64,000 nt of DNA, from contig OZ076409.1 of the NCBI GenBank assembly GCA_964187785.1, positions 59,460,001 to 59,524,000 of the forward strand, in the 5' to 3' direction. Both the position numbers and the translations under genes were made by a program. How positions within the stretch are numbered: position 1 is the stretch's first letter; each line of letters opens with the position of its first letter. The notes under the pieces were generated by a model. The model did no database searches and was not told where the DNA came from. It worked only from the letters and a program-made list of their open reading frames with translations. Origin of the DNA: Amphiscolops sp. MND2022 (taxonomy: Eukaryota). Below, in pieces: positions 11,515-23,399 of the stretch.

Positions 11515-12023
11515 GTAAATAACTTCTAAATAAATAAGTTCTAAAATTATATTAGTAAATAACTTCTAAATAAATAAGTTCTAAAATTATATTAGTAAAT
11601 AACTTCTAAAATGCATTTGCGTCTGGTAACTTCTGAAATCATTCTAGTAAAGATTGCTATTCATTCTTCCGAAAATAAATTAACCGTTCCATTATTCCGA
11701 AAATAAACTTACCGTTCTATTATTCCGAAAACTGTTATTTGAAAAGATTAGCATATTTGTTGTATGGCTCGTCCCGTCGCTTCGCTCCCTTCGCCAAGTA
11801 GCAACATTGAGGCATGGCCATATGGCCTGCATTTAGGGCACTAGGGGTATGTGAACATAGCTAACGACGTTATAGAAATAATTACGTCAAAATAGCTGTT
11901 TGGAAGTTATTTACTAGATGCCATTGCAATTTAGAAGTTATTTACTAAAATAATTTTAGAACTTATTTATTTAGAAGTTGTTTACTATATTAATTAGAAG
12001 TTATTTATTTAGAAGTTATTTAC
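11515..12023. repeat. Fold-back/MITE-like element built from GTAAATAACTTCTAAA units (39-bp tandem left arm, inverted right arm)
   Basis: Left arm GTAAATAACTTCTAAATAAATAAGTTCTAAAATT repeats; right arm TTAGAAGTTATTTAC repeats. Confidence 0.8.
11746..11874 (+). repeat. Short dispersed repeat (TAGCATATTT...CGCTTCGCTC...GCATTTAGGGCACTAGGGGTATGTGAA...CGTTATA), copy 1
   Basis: Near-identical copy at 16938-17084 and a partial copy at ~55590-55678. Confidence 0.85.
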
Positions 12024-12038
12024 TTCCCCCATACTTTA

Positions 12039-12640
12039 AACAAGCCGGGATGACCAAATCGACGCCAGCTCAAAGTTCAAAAATAGCAGTCGAAAAATAC
12101 TCCAAGATACTCAAAAATCGCTTTTACCCTAACTCGAAACATCAAAAAGCTCTTTTTTGAAAAAAGTGCAGCAAAATGGATAAAGGAGCCCCATTTTCAG
12201 AAGTGAAGGTACACTTTGACCGAATGAATTTTTTTCTGAAAACGCCGCACTGTGTCGAAAGAAACCGTATGTCTGCTTCACAATTATTGAGTAAGCTTTG
12301 GGGACCCTTTGGAATTTTTTAACATCCATTCTGTTGCAAAATTTTGAAAAAAAATTAAAGGGGACCCCTTAAAAACATTTGTAAGATTTTCAGGAAAAAT
12401 TCTCAGAGTGCCGAAAAAAATGAAAGAGGGGACCCTCTATCTCATCCGGTATTGTAAGTTACGCTGAAAAAGTTACTCAGTAGTTATTAGGCTATCATAG
12501 TTCAGTTTCCTGTGTTAAGTGGTACAATTCGGCTCCTTGAAAATTTGTATAACTTTGTAGAACTATTTTGGGCAGTTCGCGTGGTTTGAAAAAGGACACT
12601 ATTATGGTCGCGTTTCATTTTGTGAAGCGTTGGCTAAAAA
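12039..12640 (-). mobile_element. DINE-1/Helentron-like non-autonomous element
   Basis: AACAAGCCGGGATGACC end, GGGACCCT subrepeats, terminal hairpin GTCGCGTTTCA...TGAAGCGTTGGCTAAAA; flanked by A/T runs with no TSD. Confidence 0.7.
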
Positions 12641-12840
12641 CCAGAACCCAAAAACGATGTTGCTCAAAATGGCTAATATCCCAATGGCAAGTTGATATTA
12701 GTTCCGAAACTGTTTTCTCATTGGCTTCTCTTTTTTGTCCAAGCTCCAATTTTTTCCGACAATTTTCTGTTGAAATTTCTCAATCTAATTTTCCCTCTTT
12801 TTTTTTCAAGTTTAATTTTTTGTTTATAATTTCTTCAACC

Positions 12841-12997
12841 ATGCCAGCTCGCCGCTCTAAAACATGTGGAGGATTGTGTAATTCTAATGCATGGAGTAGT
12901 TTTGACGACACAATTTCACGTAGATCTAGATCAAGATTGGAATCAAGTTCTGACGAAAGCTGCGATTATCGCCGGACGTCTTGCTGCTACAGAGGCT
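12841..12997 (+). CDS. Host gene exon 1 (MPARRSKTCGGLC...CCYRG)
   Basis: ACC-ATG start context; donor GCT|GTAAGT, phase 1, matches the next exon. Confidence 0.65.
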
Positions 12998-14678
12998 GTA
13001 AGTTACCCTGTTTATTCAAACTTTAAAAATTCATGTAAAAATCATACAAAATTTTTAACTATTATCATCAATGCTACATGAGAAATCACCTTTTTTAAAA
13101 TGTGTTCGTGTTTGACTCCATCGCTTGGAGAATTTATTTTCAAGTAATTTTCTTTGAGTACAACAGACTGGAGAAATTAGAAAAAATTTATTCAAATTTC
13201 GATCCCCCTCATTAACTTATATTCCCACTTAGAATAAACCTGTTTGACAGAAAAACGTTCTCTACTGCAAAAGTTGTTCAAAACCTTTTCTGTAAGAACC
13301 GATTTTCATTTTTAAAAAAATATCCTAAAGAACATTGAACACTGAAACGTTAGGAATAAACGTATCAGGGTTGCAACGGCTTTGTGTTGTTGGTGAAATG
13401 CAGATTGAAGGAACAGGTAAATTTAGGTTCTCCATTGAAGCGTATATGATTATAGCTTAATCGGTAGCGTCTATTATGTAAAATAGTACGGATGAAACGT
13501 ATAGACTTGAACATAACATAACCAATTGCAACGTGTTTGTGCGATAGGTCTTTTAATTTCATTAAGTCATCACGAATTATAAGTGAAAGAATATCAAGTA
13601 GACAAATTTTAGAATATGAAGCATCCAATTTTCGTTACTTTCGGCACTGTGCGGTTTGTTCTCTAAAGAGATCTTCGGAGGCCTCCTTTCTGATTTTCTG
13701 TCATTTGCTCCAAAAGTATCTTGTGTGTATTTTGTGAGACTTGAAGTTTGTGGCTCAGGATGATGGCACTCGCAGATTTTGCGCTTATTGCGCATTAGGC
13801 GGGCGCCAGCTAAAGTTGTTCACATTTTGTTTATATAAACAATCAAAAAATGTAAACATGTTTTCATTCCACTGTTTATCCATATTAAAAGTGCGATTAA
13901 ATTTCTTGTGTCTGAACCTGATATTCGTTGTTGATTAAGAGACCTGCGTTCATTAATGTCATAGAGATATATGAAAAATATATAGATGAAACCATGAATC
14001 AATGTTAGCTATATACCGTCGAAAGTTAACTATGAATTCATAGGGGTTGATTTTTTCCGCTTATAGTTTTCCGCTTTTCTTTGTGAGAGTAGAAAAACCT
14101 AATTCTTTCGTCCTAGGATTCCTTCATAACATTGGTTTACCTTTGATTTATGGCCTTCATTTCTTTGATGGATCAAATTTAGCTATGTTCCAAATTTATT
14201 CCAACTTTAATGACGTCAGCTAAGTTCAGTCAAATGGAAACTGATTACTTTTGCGTTAACTTCGATAAATAGAAACGAGTAATGGAGATACAAGAACGTC
14301 AATTGTTTCTACGAACTGATAATGCCACCACCATCGAAATAACATACAGTCAGCTACTCAACGCAACAAAACGCTTCATTATGCGTCTAAAATTTTCTGT
14401 TCTGCTTTTTCGAAATTAGATTGGTAGAATTCTAAACACTCAACGCATATAGATGTTTTTTTCAAGGATACTCCGAGATTGTCTCGACATCATAATTTCC
14501 ACAATATACGAATTCACTCTCTTAGGCAATGCTTGGAGCATGCGTGCATTCAATAATGTAAAAAAAATATAAAATAAAATACAGTGATTGTTAAGAAGCA
14601 AACTGTGTTTCTATCAAATAGTTTTTGGTTAATTTCATTTTTCAGGACAAATACAATTGCATTCAGGGATGTAAACAA

Positions 14679-15687
14679 CCCGGGTTGACACTCTTACTAG
14701 CATCTTGGCTGTCTTGGCAAGATCTTGCCAAATTCTTTTTACATCTTGAAAACCATGGATCCCATGGCAAGATTCTTGTTAAGATCTTACTATGATAATA
14801 CATTATTCCAAGATCGTATCTTATCAAGATGGACAAAACTTTAAGATTATAAAAAACACTATTCCTTCGGTACAAGCAGCCGAGACTCAATCTGAAGGCT
14901 CATTTCACCCGACAACTACTATTTCTACCCGTTTTCGTAATCAAAATACTTAAACCTGCTGCAAAAATTTTGCATGCAAAAATGCGTGAATAATTATGAT
15001 AACTTATTCTGGCTTCCGAAATTCTGACGAGAATCCTAATAACTATTCACCTGTTCAAGACTGAGAAATGCGAATGTACCAAATGAAAGCTCATTTCAAG
15101 GGGCTTTCCAAAACTTGTAATTTATCACTCCTGTCTATTCGTCTATTCCAGAGACGGAGGAAACTGCTCAAAAACGTCCAGAGCCACTTCGTAAAGTTAC
15201 ACAGAAACACCTAAAAATCCGGAAATCTTTGAAACATCATATGTCCTGCTATCTTTGAGCCTGTTTCAGCAGCCTTATTACTGCTAGAAACGGTGGTCAT
15301 AGTCCCAGTTTGGGCGATGATTCAGCTCAAGGCTTTTCTGACGCCGTTGTTGGCGAAAGTTTAACAATTGAAAGGACAATTTAATAAGTGCCTCCTAAAT
15401 AAACAGCATAAGTAGTCTTCAAACAAATTTTATACTTTGCTAGCAGAAAATTGTCATGTCTAACAATGTAAATCTGCAAAGATGTTGATTGTTGTTGACT
15501 TCGTCCCTGATTATTTCTTGCCAAATAGGATTTTAAAATGAAACTTTTCTTGGGAACATGGCTCTCTTGATAAGATCTCATCATGGCAAAATGAAGACCA
15601 TGGCAAGATCTTGACAAGATCTTAACCAAGACTGTTCCAAGATCTTGCCAAGATCTTACTAAGATATCCATGAAGGGTCAACCCGGG
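14679..15687. mobile_element. Non-autonomous EnSpm/CACTA-like DNA transposon, family A
   Basis: TIR CCCGGGTTGAC...GTCAACCCGGG, 2-bp TSD AA, subterminal CAAGATCTTG repeats; full-length inverted homolog at 48676-49674. Confidence 0.8.
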
Positions 15688-16244
15688 AATATATTCAATT
15701 CAAATATATTGACAATGGGAGGCGGAAGTTTCGTCGTCGGATATTCAGTCATCAACAAAATCCTCGAAGGAAATTTCGTCGTATTAGCAAATCCAGAAGG
15801 TTCGTCGTCAGAAATTTAGTCGTATTGATTAAAATTAACAGTGTTCACAAAAAGATATCATTTGAATTATTCAATTATTTAATTATCAAAAGGAGATCCT
15901 GGGAAGAAGATTCAGTTTGACACCAAAATCAAAGAATCCTGGTAATTTTTGCTTTAAGTGTCGAAACAACTTCGTGTTGGGGATACGAAACAAGGTGTAT
16001 CCGGGGGGGGGGTCATAACGTACATGGTCCGAAAATTTTCCTCCCAAAACAATAACTGAAAGTAGTCAATGATAGTAATAATTGTGCAATTATCGATAGT
16101 TATTAGGACTCAAAAAAAGGTTCCTAATAGATTCAGGGTTTGCATGTTTAAAACACAGTTTGTTTTAAACACGTTTTAAACATGCTCTAAACACGTTTTA
16201 AACATAGCTGAACTCTAACGTTTGTCTTTTTCACATACGAATGG

Positions 16245-18734
16245 TGTCACAGCAACCTCAGAGCTGTGGAACATTAATTTCAGAGAGAACGCCAGAGGAA
16301 AGAAATGAAGAGATTGCCCAAAAATAGACAAATAAAACATCACAAACCTGAAAAGAAACAATCAACAAACAAACATTCATTGTTAATTTACACTCATGTA
16401 AGTACATTTAAAATAATATTATTAAACTAGTGCAGTACCTAAAATACATAAATATGTAAATAATTAAATAATACTAAGGTGCAATGAGTGCGATTTGTAT
16501 ACAGTAAGACGGCCGGCATGCTGATTGAAGTTTTTCTGACCAGGACACCGGCCAGCGTACTGCCTCAATAACAGCAGAGCAAAGCATATCAGATTTCATT
16601 CTTTTGTTATTTAACCAATCAGCGTTTGGCGCGATTTCACAAAACTAGCTGAGCAGCCGTGCTAGACAAGTCGCCAGTCGATTAGAGCTGGGAGGCACGC
16701 TCTGCTGCTTGTTTGAAACATTCGAGGCTTGAAAGAAGCCTAATGGACATGAAGATTCTCAATGAAAAAGAAAAGTGGAAGTAGTCTAACAAGCAGACCG
16801 TCTAATAAGCAGACTACTCAGAAAGCATAAAATTTAATCAAGCGGTAATTGTTTGACCAATCAGAAGTAAGAATCACAAATCAATGAAATGAGTACTGAT
16901 ACAGCCATAATGCATGGAACTTGATTTATTTGAAGAGGTTAGCATATTTTTTGCATGGCTCGGTCGCTTCGCTCCCTTCGCCAAGTAGCACTATTGAGGC
17001 ATAGCCAAATGGCACGTCGCTCCGCTTCGCTTCGCTCCTGCATTTAGGGCACTAGGGGTATGTGAATTTAGCTGACTACGTTATAATAATAATTCCATTG
17101 ACTGCTAATCTGACGCACTTATTTAGTCGTAATCTGAAAGTTCATCCAATAGGAATCGAGTCTGGTTATTCATCACGAATATTACTTTTATGCTATTTGA
17201 CTGGTGTGCTTGTTAGACGCACTCCAAGAAAAGTGTGGTAATAATAATGTATGAATGTATGTTTGTAAATTTGTTGATCTCAGGAACTGAGTCGACCGCC
17301 CGGATAATCGACGAGAATTCCTAATTTGGGACAATGACCGTGACAACCGATCAATCATAAGTGACACAAACAAAACATTAGCTGTCATTGAATGCCAACA
17401 AATTCGTTCAACACATAATATATGAATCACCCTGGACACATTTAGAGTATTCTAACTTGTGCTGGTTTAGAAAGTTATTAACTGTTTGTAATTTGACCCG
17501 GGCTAACCGCCAGGACAACCATTTGAATGATGAAGGATAAACCATTATTATGTAGGTTACAAGTGATGTAACGAGTTCTGTTTTTTTTATTATTCCTTTT
17601 TATTGCTTGAGTGATGTTTTTGTTTGTTGAAGTTATCCGATTAAGCAAAACTACCCTCCCTCAAGCTAATACTTCGTGCTAACACTTTGAACAACTGTCC
17701 GTGGGTATCCAAATTGACTGCATAGCCAGACATGCAACCATAGTTCATTCGTTGATTCGTCCCATTACTAATTGCCTGTGCTCGACGATTACAATTAACG
17801 CTTCCATACAATTAACTTAATAATGAGTGCAGTTTATCATTTTGTTTGAAATCTCTATTGCCTATCGAGGAAAAATTCATTTGTTTTCCCGCTTCAGTTG
17901 CTAGGTTCATGAATTTCAGTGCCATTCAACTCGGCGTCTTGAAAACGCGGGGAGTGAAGAAGAAAGGGACGCGGAACTGAGAAGCGACAGGAAGTTGATT
18001 CCCACTTTTCCTTAAAAGTGGGATGAAGCCGAATGCCGAGTCTCAAGGAAGCCTATCTTTTTTGGTAATCCCCGTTTCGGGAGCACGCCGAGTTGAACAA
18101 GGTGTGAATTCACGAGCGTGTCTAGCGTAACGTATTTATACCTGCAGCGGGATTAGGAAAAAACAAAGTTATTTTTTCGATCTTTGAGTATACTTGATCT
18201 ATTAATTGCTTTCAAATTGTTAAAACTCAACTTTTGATTTGAACTCCAAATTTGGCCAGTTTTCGTTTTTATTTGTATTGTAGTCGTTCCTTTGAATACC
18301 TCTTCAGTTGACAGACTGGATTATTTCCTGAATTCAACCATTCGTCGATTCAATTGAACTATTACTCAGTATCTGTTTTCCCTCAAATCATGCCAGAAGG
18401 TCCCACAAACGTAGATTAAGAAGTTACCAGGCAACAAGTAGTTATGTGGGTGACGAAGTCGCGAAATCGACCAACGATAAAAATCTCCAATTATCGGAAA
18501 AAGACTTTGAAGATATCTCAAATAAAATCGAGAACAAAATCTCTAAACGTCTTCGTGACACTGAATTTAGTCAACGCGAGATATAAGGACTAATTGAGAA
18601 TCTATCATCAAAGGTAGACAATCTGTCAAGTGTAGCTTCCGAACAAGGTTATCTTACGGTTAGGACAGAGAACAACGAAAACTCCACAGAAGATTTAGAA
18701 GAAGTTGACTTGACTAGAAACGCGAGTTCCAACA
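16245..18734 (+). mobile_element. Large solo LTR (~2.5 kb) with a decayed ORF at its 3' end
   Basis: TGTCAC...CCAACA; flanks AATGG/AATAG (4/5 TSD match); CCAATCAG boxes; decayed frame from ATG 18390 (...DFEDISNKIENKISKRLRDTEFSQREI*GLIENLSSKVDNL...) running to the terminus. Confidence 0.55.
16938..17084 (+). repeat. Short dispersed repeat, copy 2 (inside the solo LTR)
   Basis: Aligns with 11746-11874. Confidence 0.85.
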
Positions 18735-19655
18735 AATAGCATCTCCAATTGTTATTACTGGAAGAAAATGAGATGCAATTTGGCTCGAATTTGAACAATC
18801 AGAAGATGATAAAAGTGCCAAAAGCAAACATTGTCCCTGGGAAAAAGCGGTAGTTGTGGAGAGAATGAAAGATCATTGGCATTTTGTCTCAGACTTTTGC
18901 AGTGATTTTCAGGTTAGAGTTTTAGATTTTAGATGTTTAAAACATAATTTTTCAGAATCTTGTTTTTTCCGAACACTGAATAGATTAGAGAGAATGAATG
19001 CAACGCTTTATAGAACGTAATCACCGACGACTAAATTTCTTACGACGAAATTTCTGACGACGAAATTTCCGATGACGAAATTTCTTGCATGCTACAGATA
19101 AGGAATGCATGCTACATAAAGAGTTCATGCTTATACAAAGAAGGAGATTTGTCAGCTCAGCATCTCGAATCATTTAACTGGTGTGATTACAGGTGGCATT
19201 TCGCACTTCATTGAGACTGACGAAAGAACTGTACTCAGTATAATCAAATGTTACCGCGAAGAAGGAACTAAAATGGTGAAGCAAAATTCTAGTAGACACC
19301 GTAAAAGCAACCCGGGTAACAAGAGAGTGGACCTCGCTTTAGAACTCGAAATATTTTGTTTTTCGAAATGGATTCAAGAGCTTTTGAATTGAGTTTTTTT
19401 GGGTTTTAGTTTATTAATGAAGACTTGCGTAGTTGATGTGATTTCTTTCAAAACATAACTTCACACAGCAAAGTCTGAAACTTTGGTAATCGTTTTGCAT
19501 CGTTGGATTTTGAGTGTTTTAAGAGAAACTTTCAGGGCCACGTATCCAGCATTCAAGGTTTTCGATAGATCTGCAGAGATTTCTCAACAATTCTAAACAT
19601 TTTCATTATTCGTTTGACATCTCTATGTGATTTTATTGTGTTTTTCGTTAAGTCT

Positions 19656-20000
19656 TTTTAGTCGGCGCCTTTTCCTTTGAGGAAAAAAGCCCGACTATTA
19701 CAGTGGCTAGTTTTTTTTCTTTTTTTTTCGTCAGACCACAGAGCTCATCGCGTATGTACCACTTTTTACAGAAACTGATAAGTTCACCCAGGCCAAGTTC
19801 GACCAATGCAAACTTACTGCAAAAGGTCCCCCCTTTCGTTTTTTACCTTTTTTACGTAACCTACAAAACCGGAAGACTCCAAGGGGTCCCCCCCCTTTCA
19901 ATTTTTTCGGCACTGTGCAAATTTTTTTTCGAAAATTTTTAATGTCTCAAAAGATATCCCTTCTTTAATGTCCCTTCGGATTTTTTGATATTTTGCAACA
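19656..20000 (+). mobile_element. DINE-1/Helentron-like element, left part
   Basis: TTTTAGTCGGCGCC...GCCCGACTA terminal hairpin and GGTCCCCCCTTTC subrepeats. Confidence 0.65.
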
Positions 20001-20990
20001 GAAAGTGTGGTCGAAAATCTGGGTATTTGCGCAAGGGGGTTGAATGGTCAGGTATGCAAACTTTTTCTTGTTCTTCAAGACGACTTGGAGGATTGTTGCC
20101 GATGCAAGCGTTCGCAATCAATAACCTGAAATCATTGACCGAAAACAATTACGTAATTTCATGCGCGTTGTCCCTACTCACGATTCCAATACGTTTACCC
20201 TTAGTTACTGTGTAATGCCGGTACTTGTGTACCATAAACGTAATTTAAAATTGTGTTGGCTTCAACACTTTGTCACAGGATCATTCTTTGTGTGCACAAT
20301 TTAATACTGCTCTCAATACATCTTTAAAAACTCCTTCGTAGGAATACAACAGTTTCGAAGGCGAGCACAAGAATAATGCATGAGAAAGCTTGAAAAACTA
20401 TTTAACAAGCAAAAACAACGTTAAATGAAGAAAGGGATTTTCAAGTCAATGATATGAACGTAATTCTCAGAAGTCTTTTTTATGTCTGAAATTCTTGGCG
20501 AATACATAAGCAAATATATTTTAGAATTTTCTCACATCACAAACCCTGTCTTAAAACAGCTTTGATTCTTTTTCCGAAAAACATTTCAAGTAGTTTTTAG
20601 TTGGCGCTTTTTTCTAGAAAAGAGCGACAATAATCATGGCTTTTTGTCAGTTTTTTTTTCATACATGTGAACTGTACAAAATAATTCTACCAAAAAATCT
20701 TCAATTTTGGCAAAGTCCTTTTTAGCCATATACATACTACCTTTGAACTGTTAAGGAGTCCCTTTCAACAATAACACAATAACACAACCCATACTGGATT
20801 TAACATAAACCGGATTTAACGAATTTTGGGTATAACGTATACCCGATATAACGTTTCTTGGAGAATGTTACAAAAAAATTTTTAGTTTTTGATTCCTATT
20901 TTTTGATTTTTAGGGTATTCAGAATTGATACAAAATTTGAAGCCAACGGGTCCTCCTTTTGGTTTTTTTTCTGGTATTGTGAGACCTTTT

Positions 20991-21507
20991 TTTAGTCGGG
21001 TTTTTCGTCGAAATATGCAGACTATAGCAGTGACTTTTCCTTTTTAAGACCAACGAAGTTACAGATTTTATAAGCTTCATAAGCTGGCTTCCACTAACTG
21101 CCACATTAATGTAACTTCTACTGCCACTTGACATAGAGGTTAATTAGAATTTTTTGAGGTGTGCCGAGCAGAAGGACGTGGGTTCGAGTCTCGCCCTTGA
21201 CAAAAATTTTTTGTGCATGTTATTTCGGCTTTGTGAGACTTTTTTTCGCAATTTTTTCAAATTTCTCCAAAGGGTCCCTTCTTCTTTTTTAAAATGTTTT
21301 GCAACAGAATGGATGTTCAAAAAATCCCAACGGGTCACCCCTTTTCCATTTTTCGGCACTATGCGACTTACCGGAGACTTCAGAAAAATTTTACCGGAGT
21401 TTTTCCCTCATTCGAGTACTGTAGAAGAGAACACTTGACACTTTGAAGTCCTCTTGCTATTTTTGAGCCTTAGATATGGTGCCGACTTGGGCCGGTCCCA
21501 GCTTGTT
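20991..21507 (+). mobile_element. DINE-1/Helentron-like element with internal tRNA-like A/B boxes
   Basis: TTTTAGTCGGG left end, GGTGCCGACTTGGGCCGGTCCCAGCTTGTT right end; GGTTCGAGTC at 21181. Confidence 0.7.
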
Positions 21508-21602
21508 TTTTCATATTTACCTTTAAAACTTCATTTTCAATGTATATATTTTTCAATGGTAAATATTTTTCATCACTTTCATGCTGTCTGTGTTCTGAGC
21601 AG

Positions 21603-21851
21603 ATTTCGACAACCGAAGTCATCGAAGGGACCGAAGCCAACAAAAAGAAAAGCCTCGAAAAACGAATTACGAAAACGCTGTCCGTGTTCCGCCAAATAGA
21701 GGAATTTCGACCAAATATAGTTTCGGAATAGATGAAAACTATGAAACAACCAACAGTTCTTCCTCTTTTCAGACGTCAGACAGCACAAAAAACCGTGACG
21801 GAAAGAGTTTCACCTGCGTGGTTGACAGCTATCAAGACACTTTAACTTCAA
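21603..21851 (+). CDS. Host gene exon 2 (FDNRSHRRDRSQQKEKPRK...DSYQDTLTS)
   Basis: CAG acceptor, CAA|GTAAGT donor, 249 nt with only one open frame, phase 1-1. Confidence 0.7.
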
Positions 21852-22448
21852 GTAAGTGTTTTTGTTGTCATTACCTGAAACAACAAGGAAATTTTACATG
21901 CAGCATGGATGCTGCAGCTTAATTTTCTATGAAGCTCACAGGATCTCTAAAATCTCACCCATGGTTAATCAATGATTCATGGCTCGCCATTCCATGGCAC
22001 CGTCAATGAGAAACCATGTGACATGCATGTTCCATGGATCACAAGTTATGGAACGAACACTCATCGTCCTTGGAATAAAAAAGCCACGTAACAAACTCTT
22101 TGAAAACTGTCAAAATGAGGGTCTGAGGACGCTGAAATATTAATTGGTTTATCATTTTTACACTCATGAGCTTAACCAGGAGAAATCAAAAGCATAATTT
22201 TTGAACAAATAATTCTTTTAGAACCAACGCTTCTAGAATGTGAACAAAATCTTTATACCTTAAATTAACCTCAGCCTAGCAATTGGGAAAGCAATTTGTC
22301 TGATATTTTTGAACGCATCAGATCGTCAAACTTCTCATCAAAATTGTCGTCAACTTTTCATCAAAATTGTCGTCAACGTTTTCTGATGAACAGATGGGGG
22401 CACAAAGTTTGAGAAAATTTTAAATTCGCTTTTATAAGAGCCGCTTAT

Positions 22449-22556
22449 AAGAACCGTTTTCCCCTTCATGAGATTAAAAGATGCAAGACGACAAAATGGG
22501 AACTACAATTTTGTCTTCTTGCATCTTTTAACCTCACGAAGGCAAAAGCGGCTCTT
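22449..22556. repeat. Imperfect palindrome (~49-bp arms)
   Basis: TTAAAAGATGCAAGACGACAAAAT / ATTTTGTCTTCTTGCATCTTTTAA core. Confidence 0.85.
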
Positions 22557-22916
22557 TTTTCAAGGAAGTTTATTGAAACGAGCAATAAAAAGTTGAAACT
22601 TGAATCTTCTTCTCAATTCAGAGGAAGAAAGAGAAACACAGAACATGTATGTGTTTCCGAATTACCTCAAAAACAACTTTCTTCCTCAAACTCCATAATA
22701 TTGGACGAAAAAATTGATTTTGATATCAAAAGCAATTATTGACTCGTTTCATCTTTTTTAGCATTTTAAAATAAACTAGGTATATTAGTTTGCATTTTTT
22801 GCTGTACTCACTTGCAATACTCATTTCTAATTGAACTCAAGGCGTTCTGTTTCTCTATTTGTTCCCTCAATGAAAGAGTTTCTAACTTGATTTTAGGGAG
22901 TTCCGAGGGCGTTATT

Positions 22917-23281
22917 TTTTAGTCGACGCTTTATCCTTTTAAGGAAAAATGCCCGACCATAGCAGTGACCTTTTTTTTCTTCAGACTACAATCCTCACAC
23001 TGATCGGTCCACTTTTTAGAAACAATCCTGAAACCAACAAACCACCTAAGGCCAAGTCCCGCGAAAGCAAACTTAGTCAAAAGGGTCCCGCCTTTTATTT
23101 TTTACTTTTTCAAGGAAACCTACAAAACCGGACGTGCCTAAAGGTCCCCTTTGGATTTTTTCGGCACTATGGGACTTTTTTTGAAAGAAAAAAAACTTTA
23201 AAATTTCAATTTTTTTCCAAAATGTTTTGCGCTTTTTGAGCCTTAGATATGGCGCCGACTTTAGACGTTCTCGTCTTGTTT
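22917..23281 (+). mobile_element. DINE-1/Helentron-like element, short complete copy
   Basis: Left TTTTAGTCGACGC hairpin; right end GGCGCCGACTTTAGACGTTCTCGTCTTGTT. Confidence 0.75.
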
Positions 23282-23399
23282 GGCTCTGAAAGAAACGAAA
23301 CGTTTAAAAGTCGAAAGCTAGAAATTTCAAGTATATGTAAACTTTGTTATTCGAGGCTTTTTTGGAGGGAAACAACAATTTTTGATCGGAACCCCAAAT

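Larger units (their letters stand above)
15721..19085. mobile_element. Nested complex: GACGACGAAATTTC fold-back element (15721-15838 + 18979-19085) split by a CAGTGTTC...GAACACTG-bounded insert (15839-18978)
   Basis: The two outer pieces join to the reverse complement of the intact element at 34535-34820; the insert ends are 8-bp inverted repeats. Confidence 0.65.

Noticed and set aside
13365..13795. Minus-strand frames as a transposase relic
   Set aside because: No diagnostic motif or termini recognised.
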